64,000 nt of DNA from Owenia fusiformis. Lineage: Eukaryota. The notes beneath the pieces are model-generated. The model saw nothing but the letters and a program-made list of their open reading frames with translations. It searched no databases and was not told the DNA's origin. The stretch is from positions 4,092,001-4,156,000 of the forward strand of contig CAIIXF020000001.1 in NCBI GenBank assembly GCA_903813345.2, written 5' to 3'. The translations under genes and the position numbers were made by a program. Below are positions 13,946 through 27,400 of the stretch, in pieces. Each line of letters starts with the position of its first letter. Within the stretch, counting starts at the first letter, position 1.

Positions 13946-15190
13946 AAAATGTAACAGTTTCTCAAGTAATTTAAGTATAGCATGTCTTTAAGTTTCCATG
14001 CACTTTATATACACAGATTCTAATTTCAATATATGTTTAGTATCTTTTTGAGTCTTTTAAGCTCCTTAGATGGCCAACAATCTTGTTGTTGACTTCCAAT
14101 GTTTTATGTCTGTATTTAATCCCATTAATATTTGTAGATCAATTTTCGGGGTATCGATGGTATTAGAGCTTAAAAGTTCAGATTCTACTCTGTATAATAG
14201 TCGATTCCTATTATCATTGTACTGTCACACTCAAATAGGAAATGATGAATTGACTCATTCTCATTACAGTGGGGACATGTTGGTGTTGTAAATCAAATCA
14301 GTATATACTGCAAATGAACCAAATTTTAAACCCCTTTCTGCCTAGAATTGATTTAAATTAAATTCCGGGTTGTTGTTCTTTAAACATGTCTTTTACTTGG
14401 AGTCTTTTAGTAATTAGACCATTAAAGTTGTTCAATAACACTGTTCAATAAAAAATCTGAGTATAACTTTGTTATGATGCCTTTAATTTATTCTAAACCA
14501 ATCCAAGGTCATTTTTAGGCAATGTAATCACATCAGTGGCAGGAAATGGTTAAATAGGATTACATATTATGATGCAGAGAGATTTTTTTGGAGAGTTAAG
14601 AAACCTAATTAACATAAAACATTACAACTACAACAGAATATTTAAAAATTATGCAAATAAGATGTTATATTACCACTCAATATTGATTATCATAATTAAA
14701 ACATTATGATTTATATTAGATTATATAATCTTAATTTCTTACCCAAACAAATTGATTTTTAATGTACTTAAGGCATTACGCTGTAAATCTTTGAAGCCAA
14801 CACCCCCTCCCCAGTCCCCACCCCTCTTGATTCATGGTTTATGTATCTTAATTTTTTTGGCATGGTTGGCAGTTTACTTTAATTTTCTCTGGGGTTCATG
14901 TTCATCTGCTGAATAAAATGTTTTTTGAGTATGGTTGATACATATTCTGACAATATTTTATTTTCTGACAATTATTAAAATATCTATTCAAATATAGAAG
15001 TTACTGAGGATATTTTATGCAGAAACTATGAAACTATTAGAATTGGAAAATAGAGACACCCTTTCTCCACCAGATTTTAATTGATTTAATTTCCGATTCA
15101 TTATCGTCCACCAATCCCCATGTTGTCCGCTTCGAGTTGCTTAAACAGGTACTATTTTAATTACAGGAGATTGGAGTTTGAAGGTCAGGG

Positions 15191-15457
15191 ATGACAAAAT
15201 GTTGGTTGCCCACCTTAGGGCTATACCTAGTACTCACCATACTACTCAAACATGTATCTGCTCAGGACACAGTCGACTTGTACATCAAATATTTCCAACC
15301 TAATCCAGCTATGACAGATAGTGACAGTTTCATAGCTGTACAACTTGAATTAGGAGTCGACCTGCAAGGGGCAGCTACCCTCGAGGGGCCTCAGAATTAT
15401 ACACTCAAGCTATACCTGTCAACTGATGATATAATAGATCCAGCATCAGATTATGAG
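15191..15457 (+). CDS. Gene A first coding exon with signal peptide
   Basis: Acceptor ttacag at 15166, then MTKCWLPTLGLYLVLTILLKHVSA|QDTVDL... and KLYLSTDDIIDPASD. Donor at 15458. Confidence 0.85.
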
Positions 15458-18400
15458 GTATTAAAATTCAATGTAAATACATGTATACAGGGTGACACAA
15501 AGTCAAACAATCTTAATCTTTAATTAACTCAATTCAGTAATTCAATTATGATGGAATCTTAATGAATTTTCTTGTACATATCAACACATGAAACAGTGCA
15601 GTAATTACAAACTGTACCATTATGGCTTTAAGATTGAAAGAGTCATGTTTTTCGTCCTTCACATTTTCGTGTCACCCAGTATTAATCCTCTTGTTTCTTT
15701 TTTACCTATATCATGTATTGCCATTCAAAAATTGGATTTACCACAAAACTACATGTAATAGTATTTACGAATATTATGCAACAAAGGATTACAGGTTACA
15801 AGATACCCATAGATAAAGATTTCAGGATCATGACGAATACAAAATTGATAGAATAAATATAATCCTTTGGTACACACTAATTTATTTTTTGAGATTTTAT
15901 ATACTTGTATTATCTTATACCGGATCTCCTTCATGTAATGTTTCCAACATTTGCCTTATATTTCCATCTGTATACTGTATTTTAGCTTAATACTGTCCCA
16001 GCCTCATTTTCCCAGATAGAAGAGACACATGAGTTCACAGAATCAGGATTTCTAGATCTCTCTGGCACAGGTCTCGGTATACCAGCTCTGCACCTTGATG
16101 CTTCAACTGAGAAATACTGTGGGGCTACATACATAGGAGTCTTTGTTGATAGTGAGTGCTTACTTGCATTTCATGTGGGGTACATGTTTGTTAGGTTGTT
16201 TTTTTTGTCTTGTATGTCAGTTGAATGAGTATTTTCTGAGTTTATTTATATACATGTAATGTACAGTATTGTTACAACCTCTTATGCAAGTTCAAGGACC
16301 TCTTATACATGGTCAAATCTTGTAAATTAAATACAGTATCCTGATGTGCTTCAAAAATAATTACTTACATCTATAAGTGTATGATATTAAGTTGGCAGGA
16401 GAGACAGGTGCCCAATGTTAGACAAATGAAATGTGCTGATGTTTGCATTTGCAGATGGAGGTGGAATATATGAGACACATGTAGAGAACAACTGGAATGC
16501 ACAACCATTGAAGATAGTTTGCCCTGGGGGTAAGTAAAGACAGTTTACCATCGAAGAGGGGGGGGGGGGTGGCAGAAAAGATAATCTGCCCTAGGGTTAG
16601 GAAAGAAAGCTCTGCTCTGGGGGTAGGAAGGGTATTCTGCACTTGGGGTAAGTACATGTAAAGATAGTATGCTCTCACCAGGGGTAAGTATAGGGATAGA
16701 GTGCCTAGGGTGTGATTAAAGAAAGTCTTCCCTAGGTGGTAAGAAAAGATACTCTTTCCTTTGGATGAGTAAAGATAATCTGCCTTGAGGGTACCTAAAG
16801 TAAATTATTCAACATTTTATCTGATTTATTCCAAAATACATGCAATTATGTTTGATCTATGTGTTTTAGATATATTCTCTATCACTGATGTATCTGTTGA
16901 CTTGGGCACATATCAGACTGAGCTGTTCCCCAGTGCCTCCACTCCTGTCACCCTTAATGCCAAAATCTGCTTCATGGACTCTACCAGGGATTTTCTCCCA
17001 GAGGGAGAGAACAACTACAGAATCAGACTCTTTATGCACACACACAGTGATTTCCTCACTGGTATGTATATAATCACTGCCCCCAGGATTCTGTGTTTGC
17101 AGAGCGCGGACGGAATTTGCCTCTGCCCGCGGAATTGCAGAATCAACTATTTTGGTCAATTTCCGCGGAATTTTCCGCAGAATCCATATATTTTCCAAAA
17201 GTTTAAAAAGTCAGTCTTACCTGTAACAATTTGACACGTTTTCAGTCAAATCCCTTGCAGAAATAACCCAAATTATGCGAAGTGAAAATTCTAAACGCCA
17301 TCGTTTGATTTCTGCCGTTAGATGGCAGCATGTATGTAGTGACTGACTACCTGACTATCACGATATTTTCCCGTTTACTGGTTCGAAAACCATTAGTTTT
17401 TCTTTCGGTTCTCGTCAGAAAGTTAAACAAAGACATAAATTAATAACAGTTATTTATATTATTTAGTTATTGATCGAAAACTTCGAACTCCAATGAGATA
17501 TTACACTTAAAACCTGATTTACATATATCGTGATTCCCATTATGCGCCCGATCCTCCGTGTTTGAAGTTTCGAAAAATGTGAAATTTGAAATAAAATCTG
17601 AATAAAACATTTAAAATGGATCATGTTTTTAGAATATATGATACTGTTCTTGTTAAACCAATCTTGATTTTTTTTATAATAACCGCAAAAAAATGCCGCG
17701 AATATCCGCGGAATTTCTGCAGAATTAGCCCTTTCTTCTTGCAGAATTCACTAATTTCACTTGCAGAATTGAGCATTTTAACTTGCAGAAAACTGGGGGG
17801 AGTGTATAATGATGTTCAATAAATATCTCAACTTAAACCCCCCTTTAAGTTGTACATTTTTCTTGGTCTATTGCTGTTCATCCCATGTACCTCTCTTAGA
17901 TATGAACCACTCGAACTATAAGTTGGAGTTATTTTAGTCAAAGATTTTCAATGTTACACAAACAATGATTTCATGACATCATTCTATTGATGAGCTTATA
18001 CTTAACCATGATATATTTGAATTTATCCTACTTTTTCAACTTGACTACTTTTCAATTTTTTAAAAAAAATGTCCACCAAAGAATGAAGAAATTATTAGGC
18101 AGAACAAATTATTGGTTACTTATGTAAACGAAGGAATAAGTTTCCAGAAACACCATGTGACCCCACCGTATAGTGCCATTTTAAGGTAATCATGAAACTC
18201 AAAACAAGTTAATAAGTGGAATGGAGAAATCTGACTCGATCTTTTATTTTTTTCTCTTCAGGCAGTCCCCTGGAAGTGACACAACCTGGTGGACCCATTT
18301 TTCCTGTTGGTGTGTCCCCATTGGACTCTCTATACAACAGTCAAGTGGTCTTACTAGATGGTATGCGCATGACTATCAGTGGGGATAAATTCGCTGCAGA

Positions 18401-21400
18401 CAACATGTATACACACCTTATTGTGCATGTGGATGTTTCCACAGATTCTGCCACATTAGATGACATACGAGGCAATAACTTTAGGGCTATCCCTATTGTT
18501 GTGTCTGGATTCTTACCAACTCGTAAGTTAACAGTTCATTTCATTTTCACCTCACCACCATAAGTGGTGACATATTGTTATAGTGTCCAACTTTTTTGTG
18601 GATGGTGTTCAGGGTTCGGCGTCTGTAACAAATTACAGAATATTCTACAATACAATTCTACAATATCACATTCGAGTTTTCATAAAATATGTGTTGCTGA
18701 ACCTTCTTATTGTTAAATTGCTGCCATACTGGATAGCCATTATATGTAACAGTACATGTATATGCCTTGTATTTGTATCATATACATGTATACAGTATCT
18801 TGATTTTTCAGAGCAAGTGGATTATCAGGTGCTTGAGTTTGATGTGGATCAGGATACGATTCTTGCTGATGGGTCCTTTCTTCCACGTAAGTTATTGAGT
18901 TATCACATATAGCAAACAGCATGAAAAGTGTGACATATTCTTCAAAAAAGTGCACTTGCAAAATTAAAAATCATTCTTTCACTCATTTATCATATACTCA
19001 ACAATTTATAACAAATCTACCATCGCTTGACCATGCTCACTATTCTGGTTTATGCCATTCCTCAAATCAAAAAGAAGTTATTTGGAGTAATCTGTCAATG
19101 TCAAATCACATAGAAGAAAGTTCAAGCGATCTGTGTACATAGGGTGTATTTTTGTTTTGATTTTTTCTGCAGAAACAGACAGAGACTTTGATAATGCCAA
19201 TGGCTACTATACAGTGAACGTAGGGACAAGTACATTGTCATTTGGAGGCAGTGTTATCCTAAGTGGGGCATTGGCAGGCAACATGAAACCGTTACTGTAT
19301 TTTTCCAAGGATGACATGTAAGGAAATATTTGCTACCCTTCTCAAGAATGCAACTTTATCAACACTTTTTTAAAAACAGATAATGTTTTATATATTTTTT
19401 TTATATCTTATATATATTTTTTTTCCGTCAGAAAAACTACAAGACTACATTTTCTAGCATTAAGTAGCAAGTAGTCATTTCACATTTTCACATGTTTATT
19501 ATGGCATTTTACAGGGGAATAAAAACAGATATTTTAAATTGGGCTACATAAGAACTTCTCAATTTAATTTATTTTTTATTTTCCCAGAAATTGCAATTAA
19601 AGTGGTCATAATTTTGCTTTATGTACAAACATTAAATCTAAAACTAAAAATCTGTTCATTAACTTTCAGCTTTGATGCATTAGACATCCAGTCCAACATT
19701 AGTCTAACTGTAGCTGATCAAGGCTCAGTGCCTGATAACAATGACAAGTATATAATAATGGTTGAAGATGATGCGCAAGCTATGCCAATGCCAGATGACC
19801 CGAACATGTGTGGAGCCATATATTCTATAATCTACCTCGACTTGGTGGAGCAGACAGGAGATAACAATGAAAAGTTAAAGCATAATAACTTTGGGAAGAA
19901 ATTGTTAACTCTACAATGTGATGATACAGGTCAGTAACCTAATTGCGGTCACAATGGTAAAAATATGAAATATAGATTATGAGGTGTGAAATTGAAATGA
20001 CAAAAGTAAGTAAATTTGAATTTTAAAAAAAATGAAGTAATCACATCCTTGCCATCTCAACCCTTATTCCAATGGTCCAAGGAGGTGCCTCTTCTGACCA
20101 ATGAAAATTAATGCCACTTACAAATTTTTTCAGATTCCCTTGGATTAACTGATCTGCAGTTGACAAACTCATTTACCACAATGTGGCTAGATGTAGCCAT
20201 GCCAGTTGAGTTTTCTGTCGCTGTGTCTTGTACTGCGTCAAACTGTAGTGCTCTCACCAATTCACAGGTAGAGTAGACAAAATTATGTTATGTGTTGTAT
20301 TTAAGACAGCTCTACTTTTTATTTCTTTGATTGTAAAGTAAACCGTTTGTGGATCAGTAAAAATGATTGTCAACCAAATTGAGTGATTTATAATATTACC
20401 CCATTCAAAATGTTTGTTATGCAATCTTTTAAATATTCTCTATAATATTTATCAGGTTAATATTAAGATTGTACCTTGTTTTCTATGCTATAGGTGAATT
20501 TTCAACTTGAGCTAGCTGTATTTGACCACGAGACAGATCAGAGTACAGTTCTTGCAACCATAGCAACCAACTCTGACACTGGTAGGTTTCCTTACCCTTG
20601 TACTTCCTCATTATCATTTTCATTGGTTTTTTGGTATTATCCTTAATTCACATCTTTTGTCATTGAATGAATATTTACAAAAGGCTATCTGTTTATAATG
20701 TGATAAAAACATTGATGAAAATGTTCATGTGGCTTGTATGGTAACTGGACAACTTTAATAATCAACATCATTATTCATGTATGACAGAGGCCTATTCTGG
20801 AGATGGCTTACAAAGTGACTTGACAGGGCGCCGGGCAGATGTGACATTTACGACTGAATTGACCTTGACCTCAGCGAGCTGCTCTGATGGAGCGGAACAT
20901 TCATTCCAACTCACCGTCAAAGATGCCTCGGGGAGTGAGGACACTTGGACAGATAATAATATGATAAGAGTGCCAATTCCCAGGGTATTCTGTGATTCCT
21001 CAGGTATGGTAACTTAAGTGTCATATATTGAATGAACAGGTTTTAGTACAAATTTTATAATACAAGTTTGTATCCATAATATAAACCTGCAGTTGGATTT
21101 TTAAAAATGTTTTTGCATTTTTATGTTTTTTGTCCTTCAAAACTTTTGAATTTTGAACATTTTCCAAAATTTTGAAACATTTGGAATTATATAGTCTCTT
21201 GTAAGCAGGAAATGACTGGGTGTACAAGCCTAGCTTTTTATCACACCAGAAGTAGGATAAAGTCATCATAATAGTAGAATTATTTGGATTGTGTACGATC
21301 GTTATGGCATCCAACTTTTTTGTCATTAGAATTTTGGGAAAAGCACGAGTCTGATTTCTTTCAAATTTTTTTCAAAGGAAGGGCACTACATTCTACAGTT

Positions 21401-24400
21401 GATTAATTAGTTAATTAAGCCATTTTAGTTTCTGGTTGCCATTTAAAACTACAAAATTTTCATACTGCTTTCAGCACCGTCAGTTGATTTTAGTGGCAAT
21501 ACATTTGAAGTTAACAACAACAATGAATTACCACTAAATTCACCTGTTTACTTCACTCTTACTGTTGACGCTGAGCTAAACAATGGCTACACTCTACCTG
21601 CAGCCATACACCCACATTTTGAGGTATGTAAGGGGGCAGCCCAAATTTCCAACTTTATCCATGACTAAAGGTATACATCCATCATTATTCTGACTGAACT
21701 TAGTGAACTAGCTACGAAATTAATTACAATCACCTCTTTTTCACACCACTTCATTTCATTGCTGCAGCATCTCTGTTGTTTAACCCTCAACTAGTTTAAT
21801 ATTTCTTTTTCAGTTTGCACTGTATTTGTCAGTGGATAAAGTGTTGGACATGTATGAAGACTACCCCATTCCATACAAGTTCACAGAATGTCAAATTGTA
21901 GAGCTCACTGGAGCTATTGTTGATGGAGATGAAATTGTTCTCAGTGATATGAGTAAGTATTTGAGCTAGAAATAATACTTATCTTAAAGATATGGTGTTC
22001 AACAATACGATAGCTGAGCCCCCTTTGTCTTTATCCTTCGCAAACGGCAGATAAGAAGGGCTCTGGCATACCAGAATTGGTGTTCAACACTTTCTGTTCA
22101 ATTCAATTTGTGGAAATCTTGTAATTTGAATTGTCCAAAGTAAAGTGTATTTAAGCAAGAATGAGTTTTTTGAAGTTGTGGTATCACCCACTCGTCTCTC
22201 TATCTTCTGGCCTATCATATGTCCATCTGTCTGTCAGCCTGCCTTTCCATCATTCAACAATTCTTGGACAAATGAAAACTTTTTTATCTTAATGAGGGTT
22301 CATGCTAGTAATTTATGCCATTCTGTACTTCTTTTGTCTCCTCTTAAGAAATCTGCAATGGTACCATTTCCAAATAAATGATTTGAATACTGCTTGTGGG
22401 GAAAGTCACAGGCTCTTATGTTTCTGTTCTGATATTGAAATCTTCCTTAAAAAATAAGCCCTGTCTTCTACATTTTTTTTATAAAAGAGAGCTGAGAATA
22501 GAAAGTGTATCATGTCGGAAGTAATATTTTTAAAAAGCATCCCAATATTTCCCTTACATACATGTACCAAATTCAGTTTTTTGCAACCAGTCTTTGTTGC
22601 AGCTTTAAACATTTTTATCATGATTGAATTGATGTGTAATACAACTGTTGCTTTTTACTTACAGGTGGGTTTCTCCTTCCTACTGATGGCTTGCAGAGGT
22701 TCTGTGGCTCACAAGTTTATGTAGGGGCCTACCTGGACAGCTTTGATCCTAATACAGCAGATGCTGTCAAAGGTAAATGTATCCTGTGTCACACATACAA
22801 CTCCTATTGAGACACACAGCATTCACATCCCTCCATTTATACAATAAAAATCGCCCGCCTTTCCCTTTCCTTATTTTCCATTTTTTGGGAGTTTGGGTGA
22901 AATTTTTGATTTGTGAACAGATTTGCATAAATATGAACGTCAATCTACATATATTTATTGTTTTTGAAAATATAGGTAATTAATCTTTAACCTTTGGCAG
23001 GTCAACTGGATGAGACATTAGAGTCAAACAATGTGATCTGGACCAATGCAGCAGTAGACCTTACTGGATTATCCTGTGAGAGTAGCCCAACATATACAAA
23101 GACATGTAAGTAGTACTAAGTACAAAGGTCATGTTCATACCATATTGAAGGAGGATTTTTCAATTTATTTTTGTATAACTCATAGCAATCGTATTTCTGT
23201 ATTTGTTTTTATAATGTGTACAAACTATTCCAGTAACGCCCAGTATAATAACAGATGATATAAGTTGGGCTGTGTACCCAGAGGTTGAGCAGACATGGAA
23301 TATAAAGGTATAATGCAGTAGTTTCTTTATTACATATTGTTCTGTCAACATTGTACTTGGGTTAATAAATAAACTATTCAGTTAACATTACTGCCTACAT
23401 CTTTTTCAAAGGACCATGTGCTAGCGTTACTTAACTCTATTTTAGACAAGGTTTATCTTACTCTTACTTATTACACGTGCATATACTTGTATGTACAATA
23501 TAAGACATATTCCTGCCAATATAGATGACACATAATAATGAAAGGTTTTTCTCTAAAGCCCTAACATATTTAATCCGTATTTAGTGATTGCATCCAAATC
23601 TGTGTTTATCTCTGTTATATAACCTATTTGTACTTGTGTTTGTTTCAGCTGAGTATCAAAAATGACTACAATGAGGCCATACCTATTAACCCATCAGATC
23701 AGGATAACTTTGATATTAAGGTTTACCTATCCGCAGACAATACGGTGGATCAAGTCTCAGACATCGCTCTACCTGTCACGTTTAGCAATGGTCTCATGGT
23801 GCAGTCTGGCATAGATGCCAACACTTACATTGTTATTGATTTAACAGGTACACATTGTACCCATTTGGGATTGGCTCAGTAAAATGAATGTTTGCCAAGC
23901 TGCAGAGTCATGGAATTAACCATGCGACTTGCGGAACATTGATGATATTGGCCCGATCCATTTTTGAATGTTACTGTCTTTTAGTATCAGTTGTTTTCTT
24001 CCATATAACATTTTTTCTCTAGTGCCTCAGATTTTTGAGATGACAATATTTTTATAAACAAATGCATTCTCTTGATTTAGAATATTTTGGTGACATTTTT
24101 TACATTTGCTTAGAAATGTTCAGTTCATTTTCATTTGTAATTTCAGCAAAACTCTGTGGTAGTGTATTCCTGAGCTGCTTCAGTGCAAATGTTTTGAGCC
24201 AGGCACAATGTTCATCATTCTCGACAAATAACTCAATGGTGATCATTATATTGGATACAATAGACCCCAGTTTAACAGGATATTCAGCTGGCCAGCAGAT
24301 AGAGGTTCCTGTATCGGTAATATGCAGTAAGGGATGTAAGTACAACCATTGGATATGAACTCTTACATATATCCTTGTCATTGGCGTCAGAAGGGGGAGG

Positions 24401-27400
24401 GCCTTTTTTCCCAGATCTTTTTAGATTTGAAACCGAGCCTAGAATTGAAAGCTCTGGAGCTAATTAAAAGTCAAAATGTTATTATGACAGAAATGATACT
24501 ATGTCATTATCTAGTCATCAAGCATAGAAGATCTCATTTCTTATATTATATTTATATTTAATTCTATACCATGGTTTCTCAGGAACCCATACAGTATGTA
24601 AATACTTTGAAGAATAAGTGCAAAATGTATATTATAGTAAAAATCAAAGTTTTTTAGTCAAAGTCAAACTAGTTTTCTAAAAATTCCATTTTTTTATTTT
24701 TATTATTGGGAATATTGTGCTGATATATGTTCAGAATGCAGCAGAGAGGGTCTAAATTTGAAAACTTTTTGAGGGCATGTCCCCCGATCCACGCTTTACG
24801 CACCACCCATCCAAAAGTCGCCCCCTCCTTTGGCAAATCCTTCTGACACCTCTGCTTGTACATAAGAATATGCAGTTGCGTTATTATGAATTTTGATTAA
24901 AAAGATAAATAAAACATAATTACAAAACAAAAATGCTTCCGATTTTTTATTTTCATTAGTTTTCAAGTTGTTATTAAAAGATTGATTTTCATGTTACAAA
25001 AATTTCAGTGTGAAAAATGTATATCAACTGTAAAGCATCAGTTGTGAGGGAAATTTGTCTAGTGTGGTAATATAATGACATCACTGTTTTGGAAATATAA
25101 TGACATCACTGTTGTGGTTATATATACATCACTGTTGTGGTAATATAATGACATCACTGTTGTGGTAATATAATGACATCACTGTTGTGGTAATATAATG
25201 ACATCACTGTTGTGGTAATATAATGACATCACTGTTATTTGATAACTATAAAGTCATTTGAAACATCCACTTTGCTGTTGTTAAAAGTTCATCAAATATT
25301 TTTTCCAGTAAAAGCAACAATCAACAGTTTTCAATCCGAGGGAACATTAGTTCAAGGCAACTCTTATGAATTCCCTTTTAACATTTCCATCACAAATATG
25401 AACCCGGATGAAGCTACATTTGCTACAGATGCGGACAACTTCAACCTTGGACTGTGGGCAGGAATCGCTGAGAATACTGATCTAATAGCCCTGAATGTGC
25501 CTTCTGATCTGGAAGGGTATCGGGTAGAGATACCACCAAATGGAATGATTCACCTTATTGAAACGGGTAAGCCCAATTTTGCAATTTATTTAAATACTTT
25601 AATACTATTTATTGAATGATAACTGATTTTACGAAATATAGAACTTCTCTGATTTAAGTGCATATTATGCAATGTAAAGAATCAGGCATTTCAAAAATTG
25701 ACATTTTTGTCCACCCTCATTAACATATTTACATACAAATATATACAGCTAAGTAATATACTTAAATTCATTAATATACAAGACTAAATGTATGTACATT
25801 GAACTTATACTGACATGTATTTGTAGCCACAGTCCAACTTGCTATTGAAGATGGTGAGGGTAAGACCAAATGTCCGGAAATAGCATCCGAAGCTATGATT
25901 GTCAAGGCAGTGGTCACTAATATCAACGCAGGTTTGGCTGATTACACAGGAGTAGAGCATCAAATTTCTGCACCATTTGCAATCTCTTGTGACGTAGGCA
26001 AGTACTGCATTAATGTTATAAGGCTTGTCATGACATACCATTTTCTAGCAAGCCAGAGGAGTTGTTATTCAATATAGATTTTTATAATAATCTCAGATGA
26101 TTTCATCAAATGCCTGAGAGTTAAATGAAAATATGAATCACTTATAACCCATGCAAGGTCACTAAACTATTTGATTCATCACTATAATTGTTAGGCCATC
26201 AAATACATTATTTTTATCATAGTAACATTGTTGTCATTACATGTGTGATTACAGATTCCATGGAATTGTCTATCTCTGCATTTGCATTAGCTGATGACAA
26301 TACAATCACACTTGGCACTGCAAAAGACTTCTCCGTTGATGTTAGTATCACCCCTAGTGGTGCGTCGACTTTCTCCAATGGGGGTAGTGACAATAACTAT
26401 GATGTGATGTTTTACATATCACTAGATGACCAACTAGACACCAATATTGATACATTAATTGATTTTCAGTTCAGGGGTCCTAATGAAAATCAGATGTCAG
26501 TAAGTATAAGACTGAAGTGTCATTATATGTTTTAAAACTAATTCTCAATATAGGTACAGATACAGTAAAACCTCTCTTATCTGAACACCAGTGGAATCTG
26601 GAGTTTGCATTTTGAAGTGTTCAGATTAGCCAGGTGTTCAGATATACAGGTTTTACTGTATAAATTTGATGTTGATCATTGTTCTGTATGACCATATGAG
26701 AAACTGTATATTAGAGGGTCAGTTTAGTTTGGTTATGAAACACTCAAATTAATAACTTCATAGCAGGGAAACGTTCTGTCACTCTATCAGAAAAGCTGGT
26801 AACCATGGTAACCCAAACTATGGTACACATGACCAATCTCTAAGTCATATGAATAGTGGAATAATATTGCTGTAATATATGTTATTTATACAGAAAGATT
26901 TATCAGTGGTTTCCATTGATTTGATTTTCTACATTCAGAGTGCCGTGAATTCTGAGGAGACGCATACTCTCGATGACACCTTTGACCTTACAGATGAAGC
27001 CAATGGTGTTTATTTGGCCCTTTCCGACTTCTGTCTCATTTCCATCACGCAGAGCAATCTGTATCTCTTCATAAAGGTTGTGGATAATGTCTTTGACAAT
27101 GATCCAGTGGCTGTTAACAATGTCGCCATGCAGGCCTTCACACTTGCCTGTCCTAATGGTATGTCAGCTTTCATCTTAGAATCCCTTCAATATATATGTA
27201 CAACAAAAGTTTTAGTTTGTGTTTCCATTTTGGTAAATCTTTTTTTCAAAATGACAAAAAAGAATGCCTTTTTTAATAAAATGTTAACTCTTTATTTTAT
27301 AATGTTCAAATCAAGTCAATTTATTTAACCAATTTGTTGTTCAGGAGCTAGAGATATGTTGATTCTTGGGTTATGCTGATTTCAGATTTACTCTTTGCCT

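Noticed and set aside
25063-25236. Regular 25-bp repeats as a CRISPR array
   Set aside because: The units are contiguous with no unique spacers, and they lie in a eukaryotic intron with no cas genes.
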